A model generated the notes under the pieces. That model saw only the letters and a program-made list of their open reading frames with translations. It searched no databases and had not been told where the DNA came from. The translations under genes were made by a program, and so were the position numbers. Below, piece after piece: positions 38,619 through 48,483 of a stretch of 64,000 nucleotides of DNA. The number at the start of each line of letters is the position of its first letter. Within the stretch, counting starts at the first letter, position 1. Source of the stretch: an uncultured delta proteobacterium (lineage in GTDB: Bacteria; Desulfobacterota; Desulfomonilia; UBA1062); contig CAWCTR010000020.1 in NCBI GenBank assembly GCA_963798485.1, positions 41,361 through 105,360 of the forward strand, written 5' to 3'.

Positions 38619-40067
38619 TTACATTTCCCCGAATGCTGCCATATCCTGCAGGAAAAACTTCGCAGGCTGGATTCCAAGCACTGAGGAGGGTATGCTCTTC
38701 ACGATGTTCCTTCGAGGTAAACTTTTATTCATGCCTTGAGCTGCAAGATTGACCATTTCACCCTCGGTCATGCCGCCTTTACCATCATCCACGAGAAGCA
38801 CAAGCAGGGGGAGGGCCTTTTCGGATTCGTCCGGGTAATCCATGACCAGACCGATTTCGCCGCTGTCCAGTTCTACGACTGAACCGATAGGGTATATGCC
38901 GATCATGAATATGAAGTTCTTCAATAAGATCGTATCGAAATTTTTCTCCCTCTCGCTCCACATGCGCCTCAAGGCTTCATTATGGGTGAATGCCCTGGGA
39001 CGGTATCTTCGATCCGAGGTTAGTGCCTCATATACATCCACGATATGCAAGATATTCCCAAAAAGACTCATTTTCTTCATAAAATGGGTTTTGGGATATC
39101 CGGAAAGATCGGGGTTCAGATGATGCTCGAGAGGCCCGAGAATTATCTTCGATTTCAGGGAATGAGGTGCTTGTAATTTGAGAATTTTCCTCACACCTAT
39201 AAGTGGATGTTTTCTCATTATATCCCACTCCTCATTATTCAGCTCACCGGGTTTGAGAAGGATATCTTTCGATATTTCCACCTTCCCCAAGTCATGAAAT
39301 AGTCCGCAGACGACAAGGTGTTCAAGCAAGACCTGAGACAAACCCAAATGTCTTCCCAGGGATGTGGCAAGCAAGGCGACATTTACAGAGTGGGTATAGG
39401 TGTAATCATCGTAGTCTCTGATCGTAGACAGCCCCAGCATGAGGGTGCTATCCTCCTCGACCAGATCCACAATGGTCTGGGCAAGACGTCTCGCCTTACG
39501 AACACCAGCAATGCCCTTTGAGGCTTTCTCAGCTATTTCTTTCACTGATTCCAGAGCATGATAGTATGCATACCAGGCCTTCTCTTTTCCCTGCATACCA
39601 AGATCCTTCGGGCCTCCCTCCTGTTTCCTGAAGATCTCCACCCATGAGAAATCATTTCCTTCCAGTTGTTGATCGAGCCAACCAGCAGGGTCTTCGTGTG
39701 CAACCGATGCGTTGAGGATACGTGTAAATGCAACGAGATCCTCGGGTAAAACGCTTCCAAAAGATGAAAGAAAACTTAGACCTCTGAGTCCGCGCTCAGA
39801 GAAATATTCCAACATCTCATTGATGATGTGGAGGTTCTCCCTTTGAAAAAGAATTTTTTCGTCTTGTATATGGAATCTTCCCCGCCAGATCTGGATGGTT
39901 ACGGCCTCTTCTCGAGACAAATCAGAAATGGCGTTATTGAATTGTGTAACACAGTCCTTGATTAATTGATTGTTATCCTGGTGAATCCTTACGGTATTGA
40001 TGATATGATACAAGGCCGTTATCAGCCTTCCTTCCAAAAGTCCAGGTTGTGTCTTTTGATCCGACAT
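38619..40067 (-). CDS. HD-GYP domain phosphodiesterase
   Basis: YTYTHSVNV, HDLGK, HHLNPDLSGYP, DVYEALTSDRRYR; start at MSDQK (40067) after GGAGG-like RBS. Confidence 0.88.
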   Translation of the reverse strand: MSDQKTQPGLLEGRLITALYHIINTVRIHQDNNQLIKDCVTQFNNAISDLSREEAVTIQIWRGRFHIQDEKILFQRENLHIINEMLEYFSERGLRGLSFLSSFGSVLPEDLVAFTRILNASVAHEDPAGWLDQQLEGNDFSWVEIFRKQEGGPKDLGMQGKEKAWYAYYHALESVKEIAEKASKGIAGVRKARRLAQTIVDLVEEDSTLMLGLSTIRDYDDYTYTHSVNVALLATSLGRHLGLSQVLLEHLVVCGLFHDLGKVEISKDILLKPGELNNEEWDIMRKHPLIGVRKILKLQAPHSLKSKIILGPLEHHLNPDLSGYPKTHFMKKMSLFGNILHIVDVYEALTSDRRYRPRAFTHNEALRRMWSEREKNFDTILLKNFIFMIGIYPIGSVVELDSGEIGLVMDYPDESEKALPLLVLLVDDGKGGMTEGEMVNLAAQGMNKSLPRRNIVKSIPSSVLGIQPAKFFLQDMAAFGEM

Positions 40068-40072
40068 GTTTT

Positions 40073-41866
40073 TTATGCCGCCTTTAATTTTGTCAGGTCT
40101 TTTTTGATTTTCCGTACTATACGACGCACACTTGGATAAAGACATCGGCCGGCGTCTTCCAATACCTGCCGCGCCTCTTTCATCCCCAGTATGCTCAGTG
40201 CCATTGCAGCGCCATTTCGATGAGCTGCCCTCCAGAAGGTGGGCATCCATCCCCAACCGAGCAGGGTTCGACGAAGAAAAGGTATGGATCGTGATGAACC
40301 ACATTGCCCCAGCGTTATAAAGCAAGCAATGACGTGCTCGTTATCGGTACTCTTGAATTTTCGGTGTTCAAGGTAATCGAGAAGGAGCCCCTCGGTAATA
40401 CGGTCCCGCGACTGGCCTATTTGTCTCAGGATCAGACGACGGATAGTCTCGTCTTTATCATCGATGAGCTTAAAGATATCCTGAATACGGGCAGGACCTC
40501 GCTGCAGTAGTCCCTTTACCGCCTCTAGGCGAACATATTCCGACTTATGGTGAACCAGTTTCAGCAAGACCTTTGTAGATCGTTCTCCCTTCAGATTAAC
40601 CAACACATGGACAAGCATTTGGACAAGCTTCTCATCCGGGCTTTTGAGCAGAGATTCCAAGATACGAGGATCTCGTGACGCCAGTGAGCTCATCACATCC
40701 AAAAGCACGTGCCGATGCTGTGAGGAATGATTCTGCAGCAGAATGATGCTGAGTGTATCGATCGCATCTGGTTTTAAGAGCTTGAGAATCTGCTCGATCT
40801 TTTTTACTTGGACTGGTCCCATATCCTCCCATATGGCCTGTAAAGGGCTCAGAGCCTGAGAACTGGAGACGGCAAGAAAAAAGTCTTCGATTAATGGTGA
40901 GGCCCAGGGTATCTCCGCAGTACATGTATCATGGACGTACTGTAAGCTTTGCAGGATCTTGAGCGTAATATCGAAGTCTCTTCGAGTCAGTGAGGCTTTA
41001 AACTCTTCCTCCATCACATCAAGAACAATCTTGAAATTCTCTTGTTCCTTATTCTCAAGGAGGCTATCCAAGAGTGCATCCAGATACTCAGTCGGGGCCG
41101 CCTGTTCCTCACGACGTATCATTTCTTGAACCTTTACCTTCTCTTCCGGGGTAGGTAAAAGTGAGGCCTGATCAATGGCGGGGTCGGTAAGAGTCTCCCA
41201 ATCCACTAATTTGTTTTCTCTAAGCGATACCGAAACCTTCTCTCCCTTATCAGTTAAAATCGTAAGGTCCACTTCTCGTTCACCTGATTTATTTCCTCTC
41301 AGCGATGTCGAACCGTTATCCCAGTCATCAAAGGAAGGTGTATAGTTTGTGTCTTGTCCTGATCCCCATGAGTAATTTGCGACTTCGTATCTGATATGAG
41401 AAAATTTAGATTCCCAAAAAGCTGTTACGATATCGCCTTCTGGGTCATTGGATAATATTCTGTACTCGTGGACAATCCTTAAGAATTCTTTTAGTTCCCC
41501 GGGGTCTATTCCACCTGTGAATTCCAGCCATCGGATACCATCGCGAAAGAGGGTAAAAGGTAACGCACCCTCCTCACGAGGTTCTGAATGAATTATTTCA
41601 CCTTGGTAAACAACCCGGTCACTTTCTATTTCGAGTCGCAGATCTCCGTATTTATGCAGATATGTCTCAAGTTGTGAGTGGAGCTGTTTAATGGCGTTCA
41701 TACAAATGGTGTGGTTTTCGGGATATAAAGAGTATTTCTTCCTGGCGAGAAGAAGGGTTGCGAGCACTTTATTGGCCGCCTCAGACTCCTCTTGCTTAGG
41801 GCATAAACTCACAGCCTTTGATCGTTCATCTTCAGAATCCATCTTCAACACATCCTCCAATAGCAT
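40073..41866 (-). CDS. HEAT-repeat protein
   Basis: C-terminal HEAT-like repeats (LVHHKSEYVRLEAVKGL; LIDDKDETIRRLIL); 5 bp from the HD-GYP gene. Confidence 0.8.
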   Translation of the reverse strand: MLLEDVLKMDSEDERSKAVSLCPKQEESEAANKVLATLLLARKKYSLYPENHTICMNAIKQLHSQLETYLHKYGDLRLEIESDRVVYQGEIIHSEPREEGALPFTLFRDGIRWLEFTGGIDPGELKEFLRIVHEYRILSNDPEGDIVTAFWESKFSHIRYEVANYSWGSGQDTNYTPSFDDWDNGSTSLRGNKSGEREVDLTILTDKGEKVSVSLRENKLVDWETLTDPAIDQASLLPTPEEKVKVQEMIRREEQAAPTEYLDALLDSLLENKEQENFKIVLDVMEEEFKASLTRRDFDITLKILQSLQYVHDTCTAEIPWASPLIEDFFLAVSSSQALSPLQAIWEDMGPVQVKKIEQILKLLKPDAIDTLSIILLQNHSSQHRHVLLDVMSSLASRDPRILESLLKSPDEKLVQMLVHVLVNLKGERSTKVLLKLVHHKSEYVRLEAVKGLLQRGPARIQDIFKLIDDKDETIRRLILRQIGQSRDRITEGLLLDYLEHRKFKSTDNEHVIACFITLGQCGSSRSIPFLRRTLLGWGWMPTFWRAAHRNGAAMALSILGMKEARQVLEDAGRCLYPSVRRIVRKIKKDLTKLKAA

Positions 41867-41954
41867 GCTGCCTTGAAACTTTTGCCCTCGTTCTATATTT
41901 TCGGATTAAAACTTTAAAAACTGTAATTTTTTTTATTACAGAATCGTATCGGTA

Positions 41955-42165
41955 TTGTTTTTACTGTGGGCAGGGCTAGCCCTGATGCCAGGTGGAATGG
42001 GGATGCTTTTTTCAATGGGCGTGGTAGGGAAGCTGTTCGAGAAGAGCAATCTCAGGCTGATAGTGGGTGCGGGCTTCTGCGTGATTGCCTATTTTATGCA
42101 CATGTTGACGGGATTCAATCTCTTTGTTGATTATGGAACCGTCGCCTGGACAAGGTTTGTTATGG
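41955..42165 (+). pseudogene. Internal fragment of a DHA2/EmrB-type MFS transporter
   Basis: AGLALMPGGMGMLFSMGVVGKL...FNLFVDYGTVAWTRFV; only ~70 codons, running into the tupC 3' end. Confidence 0.6.
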
Positions 42166-42197
42166 ACCCTATTCAAAGATGTAGAGTATCCGATTTT

Positions 42198-43307
42198 TCA
42201 ACTTAACGCAGATGAAATATGGGGGCTTTTAATGACATGTACGGCAGTGGCCTTGAAGGAAACAACAGCCTGCTTTTCGGGCTCCAAACGGAGGTCTTCT
42301 ATTGCCTGTTGAGTCACATGGGCGCAGAGCATGAAGCCGCAGTCGATCTGGACCCTGAAGAACAGCCCAAGGGGCTGGACCTTCATGACCCTGCCATGAA
42401 AGACATTACGGGCGCTTGATTCCGATTCATAGCTGTCAGGAAAGACTGTCACATGTTCGGGGCGAATAAAACACATGACCTTTTCTCCCGGAACAAATGC
42501 GCCGGTGACAAAGATATTCTTACCATTGATACTCACATCAAGCATGCCCCCGTAAGACTTGGTCACTTCTCCCTTGAGTATGGTTTCCATCCCTACGAAT
42601 GCTGCGACAGCTTCATTGACCGGATGGCGCATCACCTCAGCCGGAGGGCCTGACTGGACGATCTTTCCACCATCCATCACTGCGATACGAGCTGAAAGCC
42701 TTAAGGCATCCATACGGTCATGGGTGGCCATGATCGCAGTGGTATGCTTGATGCGCATGGCATGCCCCAGGTCCTCGATGATGGACTCCTTGGTGGGTGG
42801 ATCAAGCGAGGCAAAGGGCTCGTCTAATAAGATCATTCCCGGATCTGTGGCAAAAGCCCTGGCAAGGCTTGTGCGTTGCGCCTCGCCGCCTGAGATCTTG
42901 CGCGCCGACCTGGATGCGAGATGGGCGATGCCGAAGAGCTCCAGGTTTTCCTCTACCACCGGGCGGATTCGGGCCTTCTCCATTCCACGGATCTTCAACC
43001 CCGAAGCCACATTGTCATACACCGTAGCATCGAAGAGCAACGGATCTTGGAACACCATTGCCAGGCACCTGCGAAAAGCAAGGAGCTCAGCGCGGTTTTT
43101 CACCTTCTTCCCATAGAAGAGGAGCTCGCCGGAGTCGTACCTCATAAGACCGGCCAGGCTCAACAACAGAGTGGACTTGCCTGTCCCGTTGGCGCCGATG
43201 ATGGAGAGGAATTCTCCGGCCTCAACAGAAAGTTCGTGAACATCCAGCACAGGGACACCGCCGCGGCTGACCTTCAAACCGCACACCTCGAGGATTTTCC
43301 CGCTCAT
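42198..43307 (-). CDS. tupC: Tungstate/molybdate ABC transporter ATPase with TOBE domains
   Basis: GANGTGKST, ISGGEAQR, LLDEP, SARNVF.G and FKATAV TOBE motifs. Confidence 0.85.
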   Translation of the reverse strand: MSGKILEVCGLKVSRGGVPVLDVHELSVEAGEFLSIIGANGTGKSTLLLSLAGLMRYDSGELLFYGKKVKNRAELLAFRRCLAMVFQDPLLFDATVYDNVASGLKIRGMEKARIRPVVEENLELFGIAHLASRSARKISGGEAQRTSLARAFATDPGMILLDEPFASLDPPTKESIIEDLGHAMRIKHTTAIMATHDRMDALRLSARIAVMDGGKIVQSGPPAEVMRHPVNEAVAAFVGMETILKGEVTKSYGGMLDVSINGKNIFVTGAFVPGEKVMCFIRPEHVTVFPDSYESESSARNVFHGRVMKVQPLGLFFRVQIDCGFMLCAHVTQQAIEDLRLEPEKQAVVSFKATAVHVIKSPHISSALS

Positions 43308-44002
43308 CTCGGCCGCTCCCTTTGCTGGACACTCGTAAGGATTGCGTTGATGATAAAAGTGAAGATGAGCAATATCACCCCTAAGGCTATGGCGATGTCA
43401 AAATTGCCCCGACCGGTCTCCATGACCGTGGCCGTCGTCAACACCCGCGTATAGCCCTTGATGTTGCCGCCCACCATGATGGATGCACCGACTTCGGAAA
43501 TGACTCCTCCGAATCCGGCCATCACCGCTGCCAGAAGCGGCAACCTTGCCTCCTTTATGAGCATCCAGATCATCTGAAGTCTGGTTGCACCAAGGGCCAG
43601 AATCTGGAGCCTCAGGCTTTCGGGGAGCTTCTGAATGGAGGCCAGCGTAATCCCGGCCACGATGGGTGTCGCGATAACGGCCTGGGCGATTATGATGGCC
43701 GTGGGGGTGTAGAGCAACTCCAGCATTCCGAGCGGGCCATTGCGCCACAACAGGATCGAGACGAACAGACCCACCACGACAGGAGGCAGGCCCATGCCGG
43801 TATTGATAAGGCTCACTATGAACCTGCGTCCCGGAAAACGGGTAAGTGCTACAAATGTGCCGGAGGATATGCCGATGAAAACGCTTATGAACGTGGCCAT
43901 CCCCGATACTTCAAGCGAAAGCCACGTTATCCCGAGCACCTCATGGTCGAATGTGACAAGGAGCCAGATAGCCTTCCTGATTCCTTCAAGGATCAAATCC
44001 AT
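43304..44002 (-). CDS. tupB: Tungstate ABC transporter permease
   Basis: MGLPPVVVGL, GPLG, SEVGA...GGNI...TRVLTTA. Confidence 0.9.
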   Translation of the reverse strand: MDLILEGIRKAIWLLVTFDHEVLGITWLSLEVSGMATFISVFIGISSGTFVALTRFPGRRFIVSLINTGMGLPPVVVGLFVSILLWRNGPLGMLELLYTPTAIIIAQAVIATPIVAGITLASIQKLPESLRLQILALGATRLQMIWMLIKEARLPLLAAVMAGFGGVISEVGASIMVGGNIKGYTRVLTTATVMETGRGNFDIAIALGVILLIFTFIINAILTSVQQRERPR

Positions 44003-44106
44003 GCATCTATCCTCCGTAGCCCCGCAGAAAATATCCTATACCCGTGATGCATGGGTGGGGAAATTTCAGTCAGGGTACGCCCTGCCTGAAATGGATGACC
44101 GCGGGT

Positions 44107-44958
44107 TTAATCGAATTCGGGTTTGCCGGCATCAGGGAAGAAAAGCGGGCTACCGTACTTGTCCACACCAAACTTGCCGATGATCTCCTGAACCTCTTTT
44201 GTGACCATGAATTCATCGAATGCCTTGGCGGCATGCGTGTTGACCTTGGGGAACTTGGCCGGGTTGACCTCGATGACGTGGTAGATATTCAGGAGGACCT
44301 TGTCTCCTTCCACAAAGATGTCCATGCCGAGATTTTTCTTGAGTGACAGGTAGGTCCCGCGGTCGGCCAGGGTATAGGTCTTCTTCTCAGCCGATACATT
44401 CAGGGTCTGGCCCATGCCGAGCCCGGTCTGCTGGTACCATTTCTGTCCTTCAGGGTTGATCCCGGCTGCCTTCCAGATATCTTTCTCCTTGGCATTCGTG
44501 CCTGAGTTATCCCCACGCGACATGAAGATAGCACCCTTGGCGGCGATCTGCTTGAAGGCCTCGGCCGCCGATTTCATTCCCTTGATCCCGGCCGGGTCGG
44601 ATGGCGGTCCGACTATGATAAAATCATTATGCATGACAAGCCTGCGGTTGACGCCGTTTCTTTCACTCATAAACTTCTTCTCAGCAGCTGGTGAGTGCAC
44701 CAGCAGGACATCAGCCTCGCCCTTTTCGCCCATTGCCATGGCCTGGCCTGACCCTACTGCAATGGTCTTTACGAAGAAACCGGTCTTCTTCTCAAAGATC
44801 GGATTGAGCACATCCAGCAGGCCCGTGTCCTGGGTGCTGGTAGTGGTGGCCAGGATGAGATTCTTCTGATCTGAGGCAGCAACATCAGTGGTCCCTGCAA
44901 ACACAACTGCCAGACATAACGACAATAGCCATACATACAAAAGGTTACGCATTTTCAT
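44107..44958 (-). CDS. tupA: Tungstate ABC transporter substrate-binding protein
   Basis: ATTTS..DTGLL, VGSGQA, SRGDNSGT, DRGTY. Confidence 0.92.
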   Translation of the reverse strand: MKMRNLLYVWLLSLCLAVVFAGTTDVAASDQKNLILATTTSTQDTGLLDVLNPIFEKKTGFFVKTIAVGSGQAMAMGEKGEADVLLVHSPAAEKKFMSERNGVNRRLVMHNDFIIVGPPSDPAGIKGMKSAAEAFKQIAAKGAIFMSRGDNSGTNAKEKDIWKAAGINPEGQKWYQQTGLGMGQTLNVSAEKKTYTLADRGTYLSLKKNLGMDIFVEGDKVLLNIYHVIEVNPAKFPKVNTHAAKAFDEFMVTKEVQEIIGKFGVDKYGSPLFFPDAGKPEFD

Positions 44959-44976
44959 GATTGACTCCTCTAAAAT

Positions 44977-45120
44977 TTATTTCGGATAAACAACCTTCCC
45001 TGTCTCTCTGTCGCTGTATCCCTTCATCATCTCAAGCAGATCACTGAAATGATCCGACCTTATGAATTCTACAAATGCCTGTACATGGCGATCAAAGAAG
45101 GTCTCCTCGAAAATAATTAC
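44977..45120 (-). pseudogene. C-terminal remnant of a PBP-like (Mo/W-sensing) regulator
   Basis: Startless frame VIIFEETFFDRHVQAFVEFIRSDHFSDLLEMMKGYSDRETGKVVYPK* with an in-frame stop immediately upstream; lies just before tupA. Confidence 0.6.
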
Positions 45121-45363
45121 TTATCATTACCATAAATCATAGATATGCACCAAGACCCTGTTCATCTTTATTCTTTGTAAGACCTCATGGTATTCGGGGA
45201 TAACTTTGTACTTAGACAACAACCAGGTAAGACTCTCCTGAACGATTATGAAATAAGTATTAAATGGCTGGTTTATTATATTGGCCCGTCCTGTACGGTT
45301 AGGGAGTTCCTATCCGAAACAGGACCTGGCCGGGCATGGGAAAATGCCGCAATAAGAATAAGA

Positions 45364-45861
45364 TTATGACTCGGCGCCGTCGGGTTGAGGTTCTGCCTTG
45401 ACTGCCTCAGGCTCGGCCTTGGGTTCTTTTGCCTTGGTTTTCTTTTCGGCCTTGGGTTCCTTCTCTGGCTTGGGTTCCTTCTCTGGCTTAGGCTCTTTTT
45501 CGGGCTTAGGTTCTTTTTCGACCTTAGGTTCTTTCGGGGCCTTTTCAGACTTGGCCTTCTTTTCCTTCTTGGGGGCCGGGGCCTCTACAACCGCCTTTTT
45601 ACCCTTTCCCTTCGCGACCGGGGCGGCCTTCTTTTCTTCCTTGATCCTGGCCATTTCCTTGATCTTTTCATCCTTGGCTCGAATAGCCCTTAACCTGGAT
45701 CCAGTATCCTTGATTTTTGCCTTGATCTTGCGGACCACGGTATCCTTATCAATCTTTGCTGCGCTAACACCTTCGCTCTTCAGGACCTCCAGGCGCTGGT
45801 TCAGCTTAAGTTCCCACTGCGCCTTCTGAGATTCCCTGACATTCTTCAACTTGGACGCCAT
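45364..45861 (-). CDS. Basic Lys/Glu/Pro-rich protein with EKEPKP repeats
   Basis: Start MASKLK after AGGAG; coiled-coil N-terminus, tandem 18-nt repeats. Confidence 0.75.
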   Translation of the reverse strand: MASKLKNVRESQKAQWELKLNQRLEVLKSEGVSAAKIDKDTVVRKIKAKIKDTGSRLRAIRAKDEKIKEMARIKEEKKAAPVAKGKGKKAVVEAPAPKKEKKAKSEKAPKEPKVEKEPKPEKEPKPEKEPKPEKEPKAEKKTKAKEPKAEPEAVKAEPQPDGAES

Positions 45862-45970
45862 TGCTACTCCTTTCACCTGATATCGTCTGCCGCCATGGCT
45901 TACAAAGCATACACAATCCAATTTTGGCAAGGGTTTCCTGTGTAGCACAGATTAAAGGCATATTCCAGAA

Positions 45971-46654
45971 CTATGAAGCTATGTCATTTGCCTTATTCCA
46001 TCTTCTATAAATCACCGGGAACAAGGCAAAGATACCGAGCAAGGCAAGGGAGGTGAGCACCCTGGGGCCGGCTACCTGGCCGATATTCTCGATACTGGCC
46101 AGGCTTGCCCCAGCATTGGCATAGACAAAACTGCCAGGGAGGATGCCTATCACGGTCCCCGCCAGATAGGTCCTAATTGAAAGACCGGTTACCCCGCAGG
46201 CAAGGTTCACCAGAAAGAAGGGGAAAAGTGGAACGAGTCTGAGAAACAACAGGTAGGAAAGACCGTTCCCCGTTAAACCCCTGTCAAAGGCCTTCATCTT
46301 CTTACCGAACCGATTGATAACCCAATCCCTGAGCAGGGTGCGCGCCAGGAGAAAGGCCAGCAGAGCACCTGTGGAAGCCCCTATATTGACCCAGAGAACC
46401 CCCATGACAACCCCGAATATGGCGCCCCCTGCAAGGGTCAAGATTGCGGCCCCAGGAAGTGAAAGTGCGGTCTGCACGATATAGATCAGGATGAACCCTA
46501 TGGTGAAGGCCGGTCTGTGGGCCTGATAGGCAAGTATCAGGGATTGTCTGTTCTCCTTCAGACTAGACAGGGTCAGAAATTGCTGCAGGTTAAGGAGGTA
46601 GAAGGCAGCAATGGCTCCTGTCACCAAGAGGAGGACCATAATCCTTTTCTTCAT
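45971..46654 (-). CDS. TVP38/TMEM64 (DedA/VTT) membrane protein
   Basis: LSLPGA.ILTLAGGAIFG, LRLVPLFPFFLVN. Confidence 0.9.
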   Translation of the reverse strand: MKKRIMVLLLVTGAIAAFYLLNLQQFLTLSSLKENRQSLILAYQAHRPAFTIGFILIYIVQTALSLPGAAILTLAGGAIFGVVMGVLWVNIGASTGALLAFLLARTLLRDWVINRFGKKMKAFDRGLTGNGLSYLLFLRLVPLFPFFLVNLACGVTGLSIRTYLAGTVIGILPGSFVYANAGASLASIENIGQVAGPRVLTSLALLGIFALFPVIYRRWNKANDIAS

Positions 46655-46841
46655 ATCCAGTACCATAGACTTACTCGGGTTTCTGCACAAGCGTAAGCTT
46701 GTTTTCAGCAACTATAAGCGTTGCAAATATGGCAAACCTCCTTGAATTTTTTATTCCTGAAATAACATAATATATTCAAGTGACATGGCTTCCCACTCGA
46801 TGGAATGCCGGTCATTAAATTAAGGTAAAGGAGGAAAGTTC

Positions 46842-47453
46842 ATGAAGGTGCTGGTTGTATTCTATTCCATGTACGGACATATCTACCAAATGGCCCAGGC
46901 CGTTATGAAAGGTGCGCACGAGGTCGAGGGGGCGGTGGTGGAACTGAAGCAGGTCCCGGAGACGCTGCCTGATGAGGTCCTTGATAAAATGGGGGCTCTT
47001 CAAACCCGTAAGGCATTTGCCCATATCCCTGTCTGTACGGCCGGTGAACTCGCCTCCTATGATGCCCTCATCTTCGGTGCTCCGACAAGATTCGGCAATA
47101 TGTGCGGCCAGATGAGGCAGTTCCTCGATGCAACAGGCCAGCTCTGGGCTAAAAACGCGCTGGTCGGCAAGGTGGGCAGTGTATTCACGAGTTCTGCCAC
47201 CCAGCACGGCGGCCAGGAATCAACTATTCTGAGCTTCCACACCACCCTGCTCCATCATGGGATGATCATCGTAGGCCTGCCGTATTCCTTTGGCCTGCAG
47301 ATGGATATCCATGAGATAACAGGGTGTTCACCCTATGGGGCATCAACCATTGCAGGAGGTGACGGGAGCAGGCAGCCGAGTACCCATGAGCTCACCGGGG
47401 CACGCTTCCAGGGTAGGCATGTGGCGACTATTGCTGCCAAACTATTTGGTTGA
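46842..47453 (+). CDS. wrbA: NAD(P)H:quinone oxidoreductase WrbA
   Basis: [25 protein letters not shown]. Confidence 0.95.
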   Translation: MKVLVVFYSMYGHIYQMAQAVMKGAHEVEGAVVELKQVPETLPDEVLDKMGALQTRKAFAHIPVCTAGELASYDALIFGAPTRFGNMCGQMRQFLDATGQLWAKNALVGKVGSVFTSSATQHGGQESTILSFHTTLLHHGMIIVGLPYSFGLQMDIHEITGCSPYGASTIAGGDGSRQPSTHELTGARFQGRHVATIAAKLFG

Positions 47454-47473
47454 CCTTCTCTTTTATGAGATAA

Positions 47474-48475
47474 CTATAACCGCAGCCTCTTCTTGAGCTC
47501 CTTGATGAGTGCCAGGCAGACTTGGTTTGCATCCGCCTGAATAGCGACATCAGCCATCTTCATCATAGTGGCGTTGGGGTTCTTGTTGACCGCGATGATA
47601 AACCCGGCATCGATGATGCCGGCCGTATGCTGGATGGCACCGCTTATGCCGAAAGAAAGCAGGACCTTGGGCCTGATGTGTTTATCCGCCTGCCCCACAA
47701 GGGCGTCATCGTCCGCCCATTTGGAGTAGACTACCGGCCTCGTGGCCCCCACTTCACCCCCAAGAATCTTGGCCAGGTCATAGAGGTTCTTGAACTTGCT
47801 CCGACTCCCCATGCCCCTACCGCCGCACACAACAACCGCAGCCTCTTCGAGCTTCTGGCTTGCTGGCGGTTTGCGCTCGGAGTTGATAAGGCGGATACGA
47901 TCCTTAGGAAGGTCTTTGGGAAGTGATATCCTTACAATCTCCCCTGTTGCCCGGTAGTTATGGGGGATCTCCTGGAAGATTCCCGGCCTCACCGTGGCCA
48001 TCTGAGGCCTCTTCTCAGGGGTGACGATCTTGGTGAGCAGGTTGCCGCCAAAGGCTGGTGCTGTCTGCACAAGAAGGCCATCCTCGTTGATGTCAAGGCC
48101 TACACAGTCGGCAGTCAGCCCTGTTCCGAGCCGTTTGGCTACCCGGGGCGCATACTCTCTGCCGAATGTTGTGGCCCCCACCAGTATAATCTCGGGCCTG
48201 CGATCTTTGGCAAGGCGCTCCATAAGGGTGACATAGAGGTCGGTAGAATAGTCTTTGATGGACTCATCCTCAATAACATAGACCTTCTGTGCCCCATGAG
48301 CGATGTATTCGCCCACCCATTCATCCACCTGGTGGCCGAACACGGTGGTGCAGACACATGCACCCAGCTTGGATGCAAGGTCAGTGGCCCGCGAGAGGAG
48401 TTGCAGGGTTACCCGGTTCTGGAAATAATTGCGATAGTCCCCGAATACCCAAATCTCAGGTGCATGCAGTGTCAT
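47474..48475 (-). CDS. etfA: Electron transfer flavoprotein alpha subunit
   Basis: GLTADC, PAFGGN, RPQMATVRP, GGRG, GISGAIQH. Confidence 0.92.
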   Translation of the reverse strand: MTLHAPEIWVFGDYRNYFQNRVTLQLLSRATDLASKLGACVCTTVFGHQVDEWVGEYIAHGAQKVYVIEDESIKDYSTDLYVTLMERLAKDRRPEIILVGATTFGREYAPRVAKRLGTGLTADCVGLDINEDGLLVQTAPAFGGNLLTKIVTPEKRPQMATVRPGIFQEIPHNYRATGEIVRISLPKDLPKDRIRLINSERKPPASQKLEEAAVVVCGGRGMGSRSKFKNLYDLAKILGGEVGATRPVVYSKWADDDALVGQADKHIRPKVLLSFGISGAIQHTAGIIDAGFIIAVNKNPNATMMKMADVAIQADANQVCLALIKELKKRLRL

Positions 48476-48483
48476 AGACTCCC

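Noticed and set aside
40068-40325. N-terminal extension of the HD-GYP ORF (568 aa)
   Set aside because: Overlaps the HEAT gene in another frame; an RBS supports the start at 40067
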